From an uncultured Solirubrobacterales bacterium (GTDB lineage Bacteria > Actinomycetota > Thermoleophilia > Solirubrobacterales > Solirubrobacteraceae): a stretch of DNA of 64,000 nt. This document shows, one piece after another, positions 62,307 through 64,000 of the stretch; positions within the stretch are counted from its first letter, which is position 1, and each line of letters opens with the position of its first letter. The translations under genes and the position numbers were made by a program. Below the pieces are notes generated by a model. The model saw only the letters and a program-made list of their open reading frames with translations, did not search any database and had not been told where the DNA came from. The stretch covers positions 201,342-265,341 of the forward strand of contig CAWDSW010000004.1 of assembly GCA_963805095.1 (NCBI GenBank). The letters run 5' to 3'.

Positions 62307-62777
62307 ATGGACGTCCTGGTACTCATTGACAAGCTAGACGATCTCATCCACAACGCTAAGCCCATGCCGTTGACCGATCAGGTCAGGGTGGACAAGGAGG
62401 AGATCTACGACATCCTCGACCAGATGCGAGCGACGATCCCGGAGGAGATCAAGCAGGCCCGTTGGATCGTCAAGGAGCGTCAGGAGATGCTTGCGGAAGC
62501 CAAGCGCGAGGCCGAGCGGGTGGTCAAGGAGGCGCGCGAACGCCAGGAGCGGCTGATCTCCGAGGAGGAGGTCACCAAGCAGGCCGAACGCGCCGCCGAG
62601 GACATCATCGAGGACGCCCGCGGTCGGGAGCGTGAGATTCGGCTTGGCGCCGAGGATTACGCCGACGAGATCCTCAACACTCTTGAGGTCAACCTCTCGA
62701 AGTTCATCGCGGCGGTCCAGCGTGGCCGCGACCGCCTGGCCGGCAAGGACGAGCCGGTCGAGGCCCTCGAGCGCTGA
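62307..62777 (+). CDS. Coiled-coil protein, SepIVA/DivIVA-related family found after coaD
   Basis: LIDKLDDLIHNAKPMPLT...EEIYDILDQMRATIPEEIKQA...GAEDYADEIL; long charged heptads; synteny. Confidence 0.75.
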   Translation: MDVLVLIDKLDDLIHNAKPMPLTDQVRVDKEEIYDILDQMRATIPEEIKQARWIVKERQEMLAEAKREAERVVKEARERQERLISEEEVTKQAERAAEDIIEDARGREREIRLGAEDYADEILNTLEVNLSKFIAAVQRGRDRLAGKDEPVEALER

Positions 62778-62869
62778 GCGCCGGGCGATTTCCGCCTCAG
62801 AACAGTAGCGCCGCGCGCCGGTTCGCCGGCGCCCCGATGTCTGTCCGCGCCGCGCGGCATCCTCCATGC

Positions 62870-64000
62870 GTGAGCGCAATTTGGTTGATAGTTGGGCTGT
62901 TCGTGGGTGCCGGCGTCACTGCGCTGGTGATGCGCGAACGGATCCGCGCGCTGCGAGCTGGGCAGGCGCAGATGTCCGACTCATTCAAGGCCCTCAGCGC
63001 CGAGGCTCTCCAGGCGAGCATGGGCCACCTGACCGAGCTCGCCAAGACGCAGCTGTCGGTCAGTCAGGCCGAGGCGCGTGGGGACCTGGACAAGCGCGCA
63101 GCAGGCGGTCGAGCAGCTCGTTGGCCCGCTGCGCGACCAGCTCGGGCGGGTCGATCAGCAGCTGCTGGCGCTGAACCGCGAGCGACATGAGTCGCGGGGG
63201 AGGCTGGAGAACCAGCTGCGAACGCTGACTGAGACCCAGGAACGGCTGCGGACCGAGACAGGAGCCCTGGTCACCGCCCTGCGCAAACCCAACGCGCGCG
63301 GTCAGTGGGGGCAGATGCAGTTGCGCAAGGTGGTCGAGATGGCTGGGATGGTGCGCCATTGCGACTTCATCGAGCAGGCCAGTTTCAGCGACGGCGACGA
63401 GGGTTCGCTGCGGCCAGACCTGGTGGTCAAGCTCCCGGGCGGCAAACAGGTGGTGGTCGACGCCAAGGCGCCGCTGCAGGGCATCCTCGACGCCTACGAG
63501 GCACCCGACGAGGACACCCGGGCCGCTCACCTGCGCGATCACGCCAGGTTGCTGCGCAGGCACGTCAAGCAGTTGTCCGATAAGTCCTATTGGTCGAGCA
63601 TCGAGAGCGCCCCGGATTTCGTCGTCCTTTTCCTCCCCGGCGAGCATCTGTATGGCGCGGCGCTTGAAGCGGACCCGGCTCTGATCGAGGACGCGATGGC
63701 CCGACGGGTGCTGATCGCGACCCCGACGACGCTGCTGGCGTTGCTGCACTCGGTCGGATATGGCTGGCAGCAGGAGCGGGTCGCCGAGTCCGCCCAGGCG
63801 ATTTCCGATCTCGGTCGCGACCTTCACGGCAGGCTCGTCAAGCTGTCGACGCTGATCGCCACGCTCGGCAAACGGCTCAACAGCACGGTTGCTGCCTTCA
63901 ACGAGGCGGTCGGGTCATACGAGGCGCGGGTGCTCCCCTCTGCTCGGCGGTTCGCCGAGCACGGCGCCATCTCGCAGGGGCGCGAGCTGCCCGAAGTCGA
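62870..64000 (+). CDS. rmuC: RmuC family protein (frameshift near 63098; runs off window)
   Basis: N-terminal TM and coiled coil; RGQWGQMQL, LRPDLVVKLPGGKQVVVDAKAP, PDFVVLFLPGE, IATPTTLLALL. Confidence 0.9.

Overview
High-GC actinobacterial chromosomal segment. Gene content and order suggest Thermoleophilia/Solirubrobacterales (inference). It is almost entirely housekeeping: a GT2 polyprenol-phosphate mannosyltransferase, an OmpR-type two-component pair, the dcw cluster (mraZ-rsmH-ftsL-ftsI-murE-murF-mraY-murD-ftsW-murG-murC-murB-ftsQ-ftsZ), a secreted protein plus GH2 glycosidase pair, gcvT-H-PA-PB, an M20 peptidase, a rhomboid, trpS-scpAB, rlmN/rluB, aroH-hisC-aroF-tyrA-aroA-cmk-der, metK-priA, an internally deleted ABC-2 exporter, def-fmt-rsmB-(Zn ribbon)-rpe, ribD-E-BA-H, rpmB-DAK2, MgtE-like/DUF1003, recG-rsmD-coaD, a SepIVA-like gene and rmuC. 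Regions ~34.6-41.8 kb and ~56.9-63.1 kb carry many 1-bp indels, including in essential genes, most likely sequencing or consensus errors. No rRNA, tRNA, CRISPR array or transposase was seen. The most interesting signal is a 20-codon leader ORF absent from the ORF track (36086-36148, MVNVETPNSLAFYARYWRFS). It has clustered Phe, Tyr and Trp codons and flanking RNA helices directly upstream of DAHP synthase, making it a candidate attenuator sensing all three aromatic amino acids. Other signals: a leaderless mini-uORF before the ABC exporter, an mraW-like RNA hairpin and MraZ boxes, FtsR-like boxes before ftsZ, pervasive leaderless promoters, REP/MITE-like palindromes and tandem repeats in the rib operon.
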